Shown here piece after piece: positions 25,787 to 39,100 of a stretch of DNA of 64,000 nt. Under the pieces are notes generated by a model, which did not search any database, had not been told where the DNA came from, and saw only the letters and a program-made list of their open reading frames with translations. The position numbers and the translations under genes are program-made. Every line of letters starts with the position of its first letter. Within the stretch, counting starts at the first letter, position 1. Origin of the DNA: Lama guanicoe (taxonomy: Eukaryota); contig MU054323.1 in NCBI GenBank assembly GCA_013239625.1, forward strand, positions 868,001 through 932,000. Direction: 5' to 3'.

Positions 25787-25818
<32 letters not shown>
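25787..25818. repeat. (GT)16 microsatellite
   Basis: Perfect dinucleotide array. Confidence 0.97.
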
Positions 25819-25821
<3 letters not shown>

Positions 25822-28199
25822 GATATGCACAGGTGGCTTTTGTTCTGAATGGAGAACATAGAATTGTTGGCACAGAGAGGGGAGGAAGCCATGGGTGACA
25901 AAAACCCAGACCAAAGAGTGGATCATTCAACATGAGATCTGACATGACCAGAGAACACTAACCCGATTCCCTAGTCAAGTGCCCATGATCTTAAGCACCA
26001 CTGTGTGGCAACAGCCGGGAGTCAAGAGTTCTTCTAACTCACTCCTTGGGTGGCCTAAGGAAAGTTACCTCCAACGTAGGATAACATTTACATGTCCAAG
26101 AGGGCAGAGAACAGTCAAGGCGGTTAGCTGGACTGGGGAGGACCCCCAGATGCCCACAGATTGTCGAGTATTTCATGTCAGTTTCTGGGGATTTAGAGGC
26201 ATACCAAGGTTTGCTTGTTTGGGCATTGCTTCATATCAACATTGCCAAGGGAGAGGTTAAAAACTGCCAGAAAACCAAAAAGGATTGTTGGGCTGGTGAC
26301 ATGGAATGCCCAGAAGATAGGAAGTTTTTCCAAAAGAAAGACTGTGAAATACACATGGAGGTGAGGAATGGAATACAGTTATCCACATGAGATTAGTAAA
26401 ATGGGACCGAGGCATTATAGAGAAGGCAGTCCTGCTCCATAATTTAAAAGCACAAGAGATCCAACAATGAACCCCAGGAGAGCACTTGACTTAGGAGACG
26501 GGCAAGGGCACTAAGGAGATTTTACCAATGGGGAGAGGAGAGTGGAAGGAACTTGATAAGAACAGAAATGCTTCATATATCATGTCCTTTTTGCAGAATA
26601 AATTCAACATTAAATGGATTTCCAAGATACTAAAAATAATTGAATTTATATAAGAAAATATTTAGTCTGAAAAGGCACCGGTTCTCAGTCATCTTTGAAA
26701 TCCTTGTGTATTCTGAGGCGGTTCCACTAACAGTTTTCTTGGGATGAAGCAGCTATCTGTTCACCAACTCTCAAAAGCTCAAGGGGCGTCTGTTTTGCAC
26801 ATGTAACCAACTTTCTCAGAACATAAATGAACCACAAATATCAAGGCCAGAATAGACCTGAGACCACCTATGGCCCAAATAAGGGAAAGAAAGTCAACCC
26901 AGGACATCCTTAATTTGGACACGGGCAAATGTAATTCCTGAACAGAACGTCTAAAAGAGAATTGCATTGCATTTTCATTTGCCTGTAGAGTGAGGGGACA
27001 TCCAGTATTGAAATCTGCTCTCTCATTTCTAGCTGTCTGTGAGATCTGACCTGGGGTTGGTAAACCTGGTCAACAGGAGGGATCTGTTTGTCACGTATCT
27101 CCTGCACAGAGAGATCTCAGACTCTCTTTAAGGCAGTGGATGCCCTAACCCTTTAAGAGACCGGTATTCCATCATTTTCCACTTAAAGAGACTTTGGGAT
27201 ACCCTCTCACAACCCTGCCTTCCCATTGGACCCCCTTCTCCTTCCTCCTCTGAGGTCATCCTAGAAGATGGATTTCACACTGACAAGCACTGTGACCACA
27301 GAACGGAAGCTGTCTCTGCCGGAGATCTCAGTGTGGAGAGAGTTGGCCCTCGGGCCCACACTCAACATTTCTTGACTTCAGTTTTGCAGGTTCCTAATCT
27401 CTTCCTCAAGCTTCTAAGAGTCCTGGGCTCTAACCGCCGCCCTGGCATGCACTTACAGTGAGGGATCCTGGGCTGTTTCTCTCTCTTGGCCGTGATTTCT
27501 CCATCTGAGTTTGAAGGAATCTTATTTGACGCTGTATTTGAAAGCAGCAAGCCAAGTTCAAGTGCAAGGATTTAATATTGCGGTGGTGATTTTCCAACCA
27601 CAGGGAAAAAGGTTTTGTATGTTTGTTTTTGCTGAAATGTCGACAGCCCATGTCCACTGAGACACTGGTCCCCAAGAGACTCTTCCCGTCCCCACTGGGT
27701 TGAGGCTTACATCCTAACTCCTGCAAGAGAGTGCTGCAAGGCTCTTCAGAATAAAGATTTATTTATACTTCACTTAAAATGAATCTCATCCTTGTCACCC
27801 ACATAAAATATTACATCTCGGGTCATCACCAAGAGGAAATTCCAAGTCTGCCAAAGGCCTTCCTGCTCATGACACAGGCGCTTAAGGCTCCAAACAGGCC
27901 TTGGCGCCTGCCTCATTTTCCAGCCTCACCTCCCCCAGCTCCCCCCACAGGCTCCCCTTGCTTCAGACACATGAGGACTTGTAGTTTTCCACTGTCCTGT
28001 GTCTGAGTGGCCTCTGAGCTTGCACACAGCAGTGTCTACTTCATCTGAAGATCTTCCACTCATCCTTCAAAAACAGCATCCCATTCCTCAAGAAACCTGC
28101 CTACCACTCTGCTGCTTTAAAAGAGAGGTCCCATCATTTTCTCCCTTGGCACTCTCGACACTCATCTTTCTCCCATTCTTCTTCTTATTTTTAAAACCT

Positions 28200-28830
28200 T
28201 TTAAAAACTTACAGATGAGTGTACATAATAGTCACATATCCTTTAAAGAATAGCAAGAAAATAAACACCAATCATCTGGCTTGATTACTAACTCTTTGGA
28301 AAACATTTGTGTGCCTTTTCCCAATTCCATTTCCTTCCATTCCCCCTAGAGGTCACCACTTTCCTGAATTTTTAAATTCTATTCTTTATTTCTATAGAAT
28401 TTGACCATTTTTATATGTACGCTTAAATGAGATATTACATAATTTTGCCTGTATTTGAATGTTTTAGATATATAAAATATCAAATAACTTATATTCTTCT
28501 GACTTGCTTTTCTTTCACAAAACATAATTTTGAGATTCACCCATGTCAATACATATGCTAGAGTCCGTTAGCTCTTTCAGGGCTGTATAGTATTCCATTA
28601 TATAAATCATCACAATATATGCATGCATCTATTCTCCTGATGATAGATTTTTTAAAAATTTTGTAAGAAATGCTCATAGATGTTTTTGAACATTTTCTCT
28701 GATACAGACTGCAAGTGTCTATAAAATATATACTTGGAAATGGCAGTCTTGTCTCAAAGAATATGCACATTTCAATCCACTGGGTAATGCAAAGTTATTT
28801 GCAAAAGTGATTACACCAATATATCCTTCC
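28200..28830 (-). mobile_element. L1ME-type 3' fragment
   Basis: ccctagaggtcaccactttcctgaattt...ttttgagattcacccatgt...gctgtatagtattccatt...gcaaagttatttgcaaaagtgattacaccaat. Confidence 0.75.
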
Positions 28831-28899
28831 TTCAGTTCCATTTGTAAAAAAACTCAGGGTTTTTTAGTTTTTTGCTTTTTCCTTTTTCTTAATCTTTTT

Positions 28900-30190
28900 T
28901 GACTTCTTTCAGATTAATTTATATCCCTCCCTCATTCTTCAGTTTTCTTCAACTAGTGTGGAAGTTATACATACTTTTACATAGTTATCTATGATCCATA
29001 TTCAACTTAAATTCTACTTAGTCCATATCTTTAACTTCTTCCCAATAATACAAGAATTTCATAACATCAACTCTGAGCATCCCAATTCTAAATAATATGC
29101 TATTGTTGTCCTGAATTTTAGGTCTTTCTTGTTTATTGAGCTGTGCAAAGTATACATGTGGCAATAGTTTAATACAGTCCATTTTTACATTTACCTATGT
29201 GTGTAACATTTCCTTTGTTTATTACTCCACGTTTATTCTCCAGCTTTCCTTTTGGAATCATTGTACTTCTTCCTGAAGAACTGGGTGTAGAATTCCAGAC
29301 TGACAGTTGTCTTTTTTTTATACAGCTTTGATGATACTCTTCTGATTTTCATCATTACTACTGAAAAGTCAGACTTAGACTAAATGAGTTCCCTTTGAAG
29401 TATTCTGGCTTTTCCTCATGCCTCTCTCCAAGATGGCCTCTTTGCCTTTGTTTTTTGAACAGTATCTCTGGGTGTGAAACTGCTCTCATTTATATTACTT
29501 GGGATTCATTAGACTTCTTGAATCTGAGAATTGTTGCTTCTCATAGTTATGGAAAATTCTTAGCCATTTTTCCCTTTAAACATTGCTTCTGTCTTCATCT
29601 TTCTCCCTTCTTTTTCGGGGAGTCTAATTGGATATATGTTACATCTTCTCATTCTACTGTGCTTATCTCTTAGCTCTTCTTGTGTTTTTCCTGTTATTCA
29701 TCTCTTTGGGATGTGTTCTGGATAATTTCAGATAAATCTTTCAGTTCACAGATTTTTTTCAGTTCAATCTGCAGATAAATTTATCTTAATATATTTATGA
29801 ATTTAAAAATTTATAAAATTTTTACTTTAATATGCATATTTTCATTTCATTTTAGCTCTAGATATTATATGTATTTCTTTTTTTCTATTTCATATCTGCC
29901 TGACCAGTTTTGATAATATCTTATTTTTTCATTATACTTTTAATTCCCCTTTTATTTTAAAAATAATTCAAGATATTTGTTTCATATTCTCTTCCCCATA
30001 ATTGAACTATTTACAGCCTTTGCTGGTCTAATTCTGTATTATTTATGCCAACTCTAATGGTGGCATTTTTCCTTGTAGTGAGTTTTGATTGTGGACTGAT
30101 GTTCTTCAAATCTTTACAGGCGAATTTTTTGAGGCTTTGGTTGAAAATAAACTTATTCAGAGAAACAAGATTTGCCCTTTATTTCTTCAG
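28900..30190 (-). mobile_element. Old L1 5'/ORF1 or HAL1-like fragment
   Basis: ttgggattcattagacttcttgaatctg...ggaaaattcttagccatttttcc...cattgcttctg antisense motifs; strongly T-rich. Confidence 0.65.
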
Positions 30191-30634
30191 AGAATAGCAA
30201 TCTACATCATTAAAAGATAAAGCCAAATCTGTTTTAAGATCTTCTTTAGACTCAAAGAAGACATGGCTTCTATGAAAATGGACCTGAACGTCATAAGGGG
30301 AAATTAGACTGATGGAAATGGAGATAGAAGAAAAAAAGGCAACTTTGTATAAAAAATGAAAAATATGATTGTTACGGCCAGAAAATAAACTAAGAGCCTA
30401 TAGATAATTGATGGTCCTAGGGGAGAGACAGAAACAAGGAAAGAAGAAAGTTATCAAATAATACTGAAAATAATAATCATCATATGAAATAATTACAGCT
30501 AATAGTTATTAACTTTGCCTCAAACTATGTGCTCTGTATTCTATTCGGATTATTAAATTTAATACACGCAATGGAAAAAATAAACTTCACAATAACCATA
30601 ACAAAAGATAAAGCCTAGAGGGTTTTTTTTCTTT

Positions 30635-30766
30635 ACAGAGATAACTATATTCAACATCTTATAGTAACCTATAATGAAAAGAATATGAAAAGGTATATAT
30701 ACACGTATATATATGTATGACTGAAATATTATGCTGTACACCAGAAATTGATGCAACATTGAAAAC
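30635..30766 (+). mobile_element. Short L1 3' UTR fragment (young, camelid-like)
   Basis: aactatattcaacatcttatagtaacctataatgaaaagaatatgaaaa...gtatgactgaaatattatgctgtacaccagaaattga. Confidence 0.8.
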
Positions 30767-33429
30767 CCACAGGAGGGCTAGCCCAACTTTAGGTAAGAGA
30801 TGACATTCTTTAGTTTTTCTCTCTCTTTCTCTTTCCTTCCTTCCCTCCTGTCTTTCCTGTTTTGTCAGAACATAGCCTCGCTGTACACCTTTGCAGGGTG
30901 GACTTTATCTCCTTCCTCTCTTTCTCAAAATGTTCCTCTGCCAAGAGGTCTGGATTTTGTGGGTATCTCTGATGTAGTCAGCCCTGCTGAGAGCCCGGAT
31001 TTCCCTCCTATGTGGTGTAACCCACGCTTGCTCATTAAAACCTGAGTTCTAGAAATCAGCGTCCATCCCCGAGCATCTGGCTCCTGTCCCGGTTTAGCCT
31101 GTGGATTCATGCGTGTTTCCTCGTCGTCTCTGGCTCCTGAAGAGCTGCCTTTTCTTCTACCTCAGCGATGCATCAGAATAACTTTTTAAATATTTTAACT
31201 GCTTTATTGAAGATTAAAAAAATAAATATCTAGTCTATATTATTGAGAAATAGAATCCTCGCCCTGAAAATTCTTCAGTCTTGACACTTAAGATAATTGT
31301 CATGGTTGGTTTGTCTGATCTTTCCTGAGAGCTTCTTACAGGCAAGAACTGTGATCGCTTTACTTTAATTCCAGTGCCTGACACCAAGTGGGAACTCAGT
31401 CAGAGTTGGCTGGATGAATGAAACAGCACAGTGTAAAACGAATGATGAAATAACTGGAGGGTTCCCACACCAAGTGGAATGAGCTTATTAAACTTGGTTA
31501 CCTTGATATTCCAGGTTGATTGGCTATAAATTGGATGTTTAAAACAATCATAGTCATCTCAGAAATTCTGAGCCAGTAGCAGATTCACAGGGTCTGAGAC
31601 CGGGCTAAGAGTTAATGAGCTTGGATGTGGACCTCTCAGGGACTGTGGCAGGAAGTGTGGGCAGGGCTGAGCCCAGAGGCTGCAAGGTGGAGAGGCAAGG
31701 AGGGTCCGCCAGGCAGGTGCTGAGTGGCTCTCACAGGGGCTGGAAGCCTCCAGGAGACAGCACGGAGGTAAGTCCAAGCAAGAGAAGCCCTTGTGGCTCC
31801 TGCCCGCACCATCAGCATCGTCCGGAGGTGACAATGGGACTCTTCTGCGGCCGGTGACCTCCTCTTCTGCACAGTCCCATCAGAAGACTCCGCGCTGGCA
31901 GACAGTGCTGTTTCATCCATAGTGGAGCCATTGTGGCCAAGATTAATCCAAGAACTAGTGTATACAAAAGGATCCCAGTGTAACACAGAGCGAGCCCCCT
32001 CCATCTGACGCCACAATCAAAATAATCAGAAATAGCCCTCTATACACTATGGCTGCCCCTGCCCTTGACCAAAGAGTTCCAAATAGCTTAAAACTTCAAA
32101 GAGGGATGGATATTTGCAGGTCCTTCCTTTATTTCTGTTGCATGGCTGGGTGGTTAGGGACTGAAGCCACATCTCAGCCCTGTCTCTGCTGGGTTTCCTT
32201 CTTCCGAACCAGTCACTCGCTGACTGGGGACCGCAGTTTCCTCATCTGTACGATGGGGACGGCATAGAATGCTTTTCAAGGGCCTCACTAGCTTACTGAG
32301 CCCAGAGTTCAGTGACTGAGAATTTTTTACTTCTTGATTTTTATTATAGGTCACAATTTATCTTCTACTTTGGAAACTGACAGAATAACTTGCAATAAGG
32401 GCTCCAGAATCCCCAGTCCCCCGGTCAAAATAATGTGAGTGCAACTTCAGAGTCTGTTATCAGACGGTTTACCTGTGGACATGAAGAGAGATTTCATTCT
32501 CGATGGTTAGGGCTCCAGGAGCCAGACACTGGGAAACACACATCAAAATGAAACGGTAGCGCCGGTACCCATTCTTCCTGCAGGTTTATCAGGTTGGCCT
32601 CGTGCCTTCCATTGTGAGGGTTGCCTCAGGAATCATGCATTGTTTTTGGAGACCCAGCCAGAAATCATTCTTCCATGTAACCTCTACATAATCACAATAT
32701 AGAACCATTTCATTGATTCTGCGACCCAGGAAGGGACGAGACCTGGGCACCTGTTACACTTAAATTTCCCCCAATATTTCCGATTGTCTTTAGTTCCCTT
32801 CCCTCAGCTCTTAAAAATAGTTTTAGGGTCACACAGATTAATGTCCTAGAACTCAATGTCCCCATTCTCTCACACTGACAGCTTCCTCCCCTTCCCTCCC
32901 CAACCCCAGATAGCCCAGGTTTTTTTTGTTTTTTTGTTTTTTTTTTTGCAAACACATCTTTGATGAGCACACACCTAGGTGCTCAGATGGGCACCAGGCA
33001 AATGGAGCTACAAGAACAGGGTCTCAAGGACCTCTTGGGGATGGGAAGACGGGCTGCTTTGTGACTTTCAAAGCCCCAGGCACTTCTGCCTTCATAGGTC
33101 CCTTCCCCTGTTAATGTTTTTACATTTAATCTATATTTTATGACTGCAAGGGTATAAAGATGAACACAGTCTGGGCTGAATTCATGCCTGCTTGTTCATC
33201 ATTACCATGTTCAGTTTTTCTTCTGATTTTAAAGGAAATTAAAACATTATCATCTACCCCTGAAAATACCAGGCCTTGCTCCTCATGGGAAGGTGAGCCC
33301 CGGGCACAGGGAGCAGGGTTTATGAACAGATGGCGGTAAGTTACCCGGCAAGGGCAGGGCCACGGGAAGCCCACTGGGCTTTGGGACCTCGGGGCAGGGT
33401 CTTCTAATTCAACAAGGCGTGGGCCCTGC

Positions 33430-33780
33430 CCAGGATGGGACAGTTCAACAGGAAGCTTCTGCCAAATGTTGAGGTTGAGCAAGGAAAGAGAGACGGGAAG
33501 GTCTTCAGGGAGTAGCAGACGAAGTATGACCTGAAGACATAAGAAATGGGAATGTGTGTTCAGGGGGCTGGAAGCTGTGGGAGCAGATGGTACCAAATGG
33601 GCAGTGGGAGATGGGGCTGGCGAGGTCGAGCAGTTCAGACAGTGAGGAATCTCATGGGTCCGTTTAGCAGCATGAACCTTGTCCTGGATGGACAGTCAGA
33701 GCTACAGAGAGACTTCAGAAAGACAATAGTGTGATCAGATTTCCGACTGCAAAGATTTGGGAATCCACATATAAAAGGAA
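33430..33780 (-). mobile_element. LINE-2 fragment
   Basis: ggaagcttctgccaaatgttgaggttgagc...gacaatagtgtgatcagatttccgactgcaaagat. Confidence 0.5.
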
Positions 33781-36700
33781 CTCAGGTAGGAAGTTAGGGC
33801 TGTGTGCATGTGTGTGTGCACGCCTATGCACACTCATTTCAGGAGAAGCTAGAGCACAGATTCTGCTCCACTGGGGCCTCTCTGAAGGCGAGTAGACTTT
33901 CTCGAACATTCCATGGGTCTGAAAGGCACAGCCTCTGACAAAGTCAGTTTTAGGAGCAGAGGCTACACAGAACAGTCTCTGAAAACTCTTGTGAAAAAGA
34001 CACAAAGTTAAAACATTTTTGTCCTGTGATATCATACGTGACAATGTTCGGTACTGTTCTCGACAGAGACAGAGACAGAGCAGTCCCACACAGAAGCCCT
34101 CATCTCTCCCGCCCTAATGACTAGTGCGTGCTTCCTGGGGCTGGTGCTGCTCCCCTCCACCCCTCCGAGCCTTCGTGCAAACCGGTTCCTTCACCCCACA
34201 CACCTTCCCCTTCTTGGCTTGTTTGCTGAACCCCTGCTGTCTTTAAGATGCAGTTCAAGTGCCTCTTGTGAAGGCTTCCTGCTCCCACCACTGCCCCACA
34301 CAGTTAATCCCTGTCTCCTTTGAGCTGGGACAAGGCACAGTCTCCCCCAACAGAGCAGCCTCGCTGGGTATCCCACGTGCGAGCATGGCCAGGGGGCCAC
34401 CCGAAGGGCAGGTCCTCGTGGGCAGGGACTGTATTTAAGTGTCTCTCCAGGGTCTAGGCGATTGCCCAGCACACAGGAGCTGGGCTAATCTTAGATCAAC
34501 AGACCTAATCCTGAAACGTGGAAGCTCTCCTCACTTTACTAAGGTGGAATCACAATCCCTGATTTTAAGCAAAGTGCCCCAAATCTGAAAGGCAACCATG
34601 AAACAGGTTTTTTGAACTTAAAGCCAAAGTCCTGACATTTCTTCTCCAGAATGGTCTAGGGTTTCACCCCTCACGTTCACAGCATTATCTCACTTCTTCA
34701 GAGGTTGGAAGTCTCAGACTGTAGGGGCCAGAGTCACCACTATGGGTTGATTGATTTATTTACTTTCTGTCTAAATAGTTTCGGGGTCCCAGTTCTTGTT
34801 AGCACATTCTAACAGAGGAGCTTTTACAATGGGACAAAATGGAATCACACACGTGTTTAGCTGAGTTCAGTTTTCTGGCTCGAATTTCTCTGCTTTACAC
34901 AGAGGAAGGCATTTAGGAAGAGGCTGAAAGTGTGTGTTTCACAGGATGAATCTGGAGGGTGATGTGTCCGGGTCCTCAGAAGAAATAAAGATGATGGAGG
35001 ATGCTCTGGGCCCCTCAAGATTCAGGCTTTTCTGTTTGCTGAGGAAGAGAAAGAACGCAGATGGTGGGCTGCTGTCCCAGAGGCTCGGAGCTCCCCTCGG
35101 CTGGCGGTGTCCCCGGACCTGGGACAGGAAGACCCAGGCTGCACTCGGAGTGAGGACCGGTTACTGTGCGTGTGCCCTGCACCAGGCATTATGTGAGGAC
35201 TTCGCAGACGCGATCTCTCTCGTTCAGTCCGCACAGTCCGTTCATCCTGGAAGTGTTTGCTGAACTGGCTCCAGGTACCATAACAGGCACTGGAGGCACG
35301 GGGACTATCGAAATGGTTAAAGCAATGAAGTTCCAGTTCCCCATCGTGTCTACATTATGTTTGAGAAGGTACACAGACAATAATGGAGCATATAGACAAG
35401 CAAAACTGAGCCTCGATCAGCAAGCTAACAGGGCAAGGAGAAGGAGCGTAATAGCAGGCGGGTGGCATTTTATGTAAAATTCTGAAAGAAGGCCTCTGAG
35501 AGACGGCCTTCGGCAGAGAACTGAGTGAGGCGGAACGGGGAACAGCCAGTGTGAAGACCTTGAGTTGGCGCTGTGTCTTGTAAGTCTGAAAAATAATAAT
35601 CATCCTGCGAAGTAGTTCGTGTTGCTCCCAGGGCGCAGAGGAGCGGTCACAGGCACTGTCCGGCAAGAGGCGTGCCCAAGGTCACAGGACTGGCGGGCGG
35701 TAGAGCTGGCACTTGAACCCGAGTCTCTCTGATTCCACAGCCTTCGTTCTTTCCATCCCATGGCCATGTTTCAAGGCAGTTCTTAGCGGCTGAAGAAAGA
35801 GAGCTGGATGACCCCTGAGCTTATCACTCTTCCTCCCTCCTCCAGGGATGTTTCCTGCATCTGGAGATCAAGCAGCGTCTATGGTACCATGACTACCGCC
35901 ACCGTGTGCCCGCCTGTGCTGGGCAGAGAGGGAAACCCAGCATCCGAGCTCCTGCAGGAGACAGCCGAGGGGGCGCCACGGAAGCCAAGCCCGGGGACGG
36001 TCACAGAAGCAGAGCTCTCCCTCAGCGTGGGGAGCCTGGGAAGGAGGCTGGGATGCAGGCTGGGCTCGGGGGGCGAGCAGAGCAGAGCAGCTTCTGTGCT
36101 GGTGCTTGTTCAGCTTTCCTGTTACCCTCACCCGGGGAGGTGATGTCATTTGCTGATCATTCTTCCTCTTCCTCCCTCTCTTCCTGGTGGACAGAACGGT
36201 GTCTGGTCCCCTGACTCGACCTCGGTCACATGGCGTGCACCAGTTAATAGAAGTGGGTGGGAGCAACAGGTGCCTGATTGGATCTGAAGTTTTAAGAGTC
36301 ATGGCCAGGCTCCACCAGTGTCTTCCATCCTTCTACTTCACCTCAGTAGCTACTGATCCCAGAATGAGCAGACGTGCAGGCTGGACCTTAATCCATCATC
36401 TAGGGCCGAGCTCAGCCAATCCCAGCGAACCGAACCAAACCCAGCAGGTGCTGACAGTGTGACAGCTGACCTGTCCACCTCTGAATGTGACATAGCTATG
36501 TGTTTTAATAAGATGACTGGGGTTGTGTGACCCAAACATAGGTGAACCCAGGGAAGCCCCTTACATGCCTTGAGGGGGTGGGGTACATGACGGAAACCAG
36601 CTTGAAAATAGATCAGCTGCTCAGGTTCAAAGACTCCATTGTTCAAGATCCTGCTTCTGACTTTAAGGGACCCCAAAGGATCACGTACCAACAGATGGCA

Positions 36701-37279
36701 CGTAGCACAGTGCATGAGGCATAAAAAAACTTGGCTCTGGTATCCTAATAACTCTGCCCCTCACAGTGGTAGCCTTTATCTGTGCTCCACGGACTCCTGG
36801 AGGGTTAGATGTGGTGAGTGGAGGCAGGGACACCGGGGAGGCTGACCCCAGTCCTCTACCTTAATCGGTTGTATACCACCAGAATCCTGGTTTTGTTTGA
36901 AGTTGGAATTCACTGCTGAAAAACAGTGGGGTTCAGTGAAGTTCAGGAAAAGCCCAAACTTTACACTTGGGTATTTAAGGGCCTCCAACATCTCTCCCTA
37001 CCCTTTGGTCGGATGGCAAATCCCATTTCTCCCCCAGCTCCAGCCTCTGCTCCCAGTGGTCTGGGCACCCCGAGTACTTTTCCCGCTCACGCGCACATCT
37101 CCCAGCTCCCCACACCTCTTTTCTTTCTCTCTCCAGCGCTCACGTCCTCCCTCTCTGCCAAAGGCGCAGTCTATCCTCAGGCCCCAGTGTCAGCAACAGA
37201 GAGTTCTCGGGAAGCACCTAGGTCAGCTTCTCTAACTTGCAGTGTTGTGACATCGATGTGCAAATTCCACCATCTACTG

Positions 37280-37495
37280 AATATTTACTAAAGACACGCA
37301 TGCTAAGCATTTTACATGAATTAGTTAAGTGACTCTCTCAATAGTTTGAACCTCAAAGTATCATCCTTTCCATTTCACAGGTGAAGAAGTGGAAACCCAG
37401 AGAGGTTATGTAACTTGCTCAAGGTCACACAGCTAGTTAGTACATTACTAGTTTCTGAATGGACACAGGTTCCAGAGTCTGTCTTTTAACACTTT
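37280..37495 (-). mobile_element. MIR SINE
   Basis: ccatttcacaggtgaagaagtggaaacccagagaggttatgtaacttgctcaaggtcacacagctag. Confidence 0.85.
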
Positions 37496-37512
37496 CAAAA
37501 GACTGCATCCTT

Positions 37513-38063
37513 GAAAATACTTGCAAACGATGCAACTGACAAGGCCTTAATTACAAGAACACATGAACAACTCATACAACTCAATAACAAAAAATCAAAC
37601 AACCCAACCAAAAAATGGGCAGAAGCTCTAAACAATGAAGACATACAGATGGCCAAGAGGCACATATAAAGATGCTCAATAGCACTATTAGAGAAGTGCA
37701 AATCAAAACTGCAGTGAAGTATCTCGCACCAGCCAGAATGGCCATCGTTAAAAAGTCCACAAATGATGAGTGCCGGAGAGGGTGTGGAGAAAAGGGAGCC
37801 CTCCTACGCTGTTGGTGGGAATGCAGTTTGGTGCAGCCATTATGGAAAACAGTATGGAGACTCCTTTAAAAACCAAAAATAGACTTACCCTATGATCCAG
37901 CAATCCCACTCCTGGGCATACATCCAGAGGGAGCTCTAATTCAAAAAGATACATGCAGCCAAGTGTTCATAGCAGCACTGTTTACAATAGCCAAGACATG
38001 GAAACAACCTAAACGTCCATTGACAGATGACTGGATAAAGAAGATGTGATGTGGTATATAGAT

Positions 38064-38107
<44 letters not shown>

Positions 38108-38565
38108 GAATACTACTCAGCTATAAATAAGAATGAAATAATGCCATTTGTAGCAACATGGGTGGACCTAGAGCTTATCATACTAAATGAAGTAAGTCAG
38201 ACAGAGAAAGACAAATATCATATGATATCACTTATATGTGGAATCTAAAAAAATGATACAAATGAACTTATTTACAAATTAGAAACAGATCCACAGACAT
38301 AGAAAACAAACTATGGTTACCAAAGGGGGAAGGAAGGTTGGAGAGAAATATATTGAGAATTTGGGATTAGCAGATGCAGACTACTATATACAGAATAGAT
38401 AAACAACAAGGTCCTACTGTACAGCACGGGAACTGTATTCAGTAGCTTGTAACAGCCTATAATGAAGAGCATGAAGAAGAATATATGTATATACAACTGA
38501 ATCAGCATGCTGTACACCAGAAACTAACACAACATTGTAGATCAGTTATACTTCAATTTAAAAAT
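37513..38565 (+). mobile_element. 5'-truncated L1 (~1.05 kb, ORF2 C-terminus plus 3' UTR) with target-site duplication
   Basis: ORF2 C-terminal motif [31 protein letters not shown] in ORF 37672-37869; TSD AAAAGACTGCATCCTT (37497-37512) / AAAAGCCTGCCTCCTT (38566-38581); internal (CA)n. Confidence 0.95.
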
Positions 38566-38926
38566 AAAAGCCTGCCTCCTTCACTTTATATATGAAGAAA
38601 CTATGGCCTTGAGTGGAGGGGGACTTTCTTACGGCCACACAGCTGGTTTGTGGCCAAGCAGGCCAGCACTGAGGTCCCCCGATGCCAGTCCCGGTGGCTG
38701 ACTGCAGAGCTGGGCTTCTGGGCTCCACGCGACCCCGGCCACGCCCATGCCGGAGGTGCGGGGCTGGTGGCAGAGCCAGGAGGAATCCCTGCAGTGGTGC
38801 CTCCTGCCCGCTGGCCTCACCTGTGCCTGGTCTCCCCTGGGTGTTCCGTCTTGCTCACAGTTTGTCTCATTTCTTGGTATAGAGTTCCTGTTCATGGCTG
38901 GAAGGCATCTTGTAACACCTCTGGGC

Positions 38927-39100
38927 CAGTGGCTCTAAACTGACCTCCCATCAATGTCATCTGGGACAGTTTTAAAACACCATTGAGCTCTACTCTCAGG
39001 GATTCTGATTGAATGGCCCAGGGGCTGGGCCAGACATCAGTGCTTTTGACATATTCTTAGGTGGTTCCAGTGCGTATCCAGCGCTAAGATGCTCTGTTCT
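38927..39100. mobile_element. MER5-type hAT MITE
   Basis: cagtggctctaaact...cagggattctgattgaatgg...gggctgggccagacatcagtg. Confidence 0.65.

Noticed and set aside
26875..26884. CArG box CCAAATAAGG (also CCTATTAAGG at 58534-58543)
   Set aside because: About four CC(W)6GG are expected by chance in 64 kb; no supporting cluster
35846..36214. Possible coding exon after a strong acceptor
   Set aside because: Two frames are open but neither resembles a known protein; no strong matching donor
36685..36703. Weaker CTCF-like motifs (also ~11534 and ~35960)
   Set aside because: Mismatches at informative core positions; cannot be separated from background without ChIP data
37672..38248. ORFs resembling reverse-transcriptase protein C-terminus
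   Set aside because: Fragments of a truncated, frame-broken L1 ORF2, not a host gene
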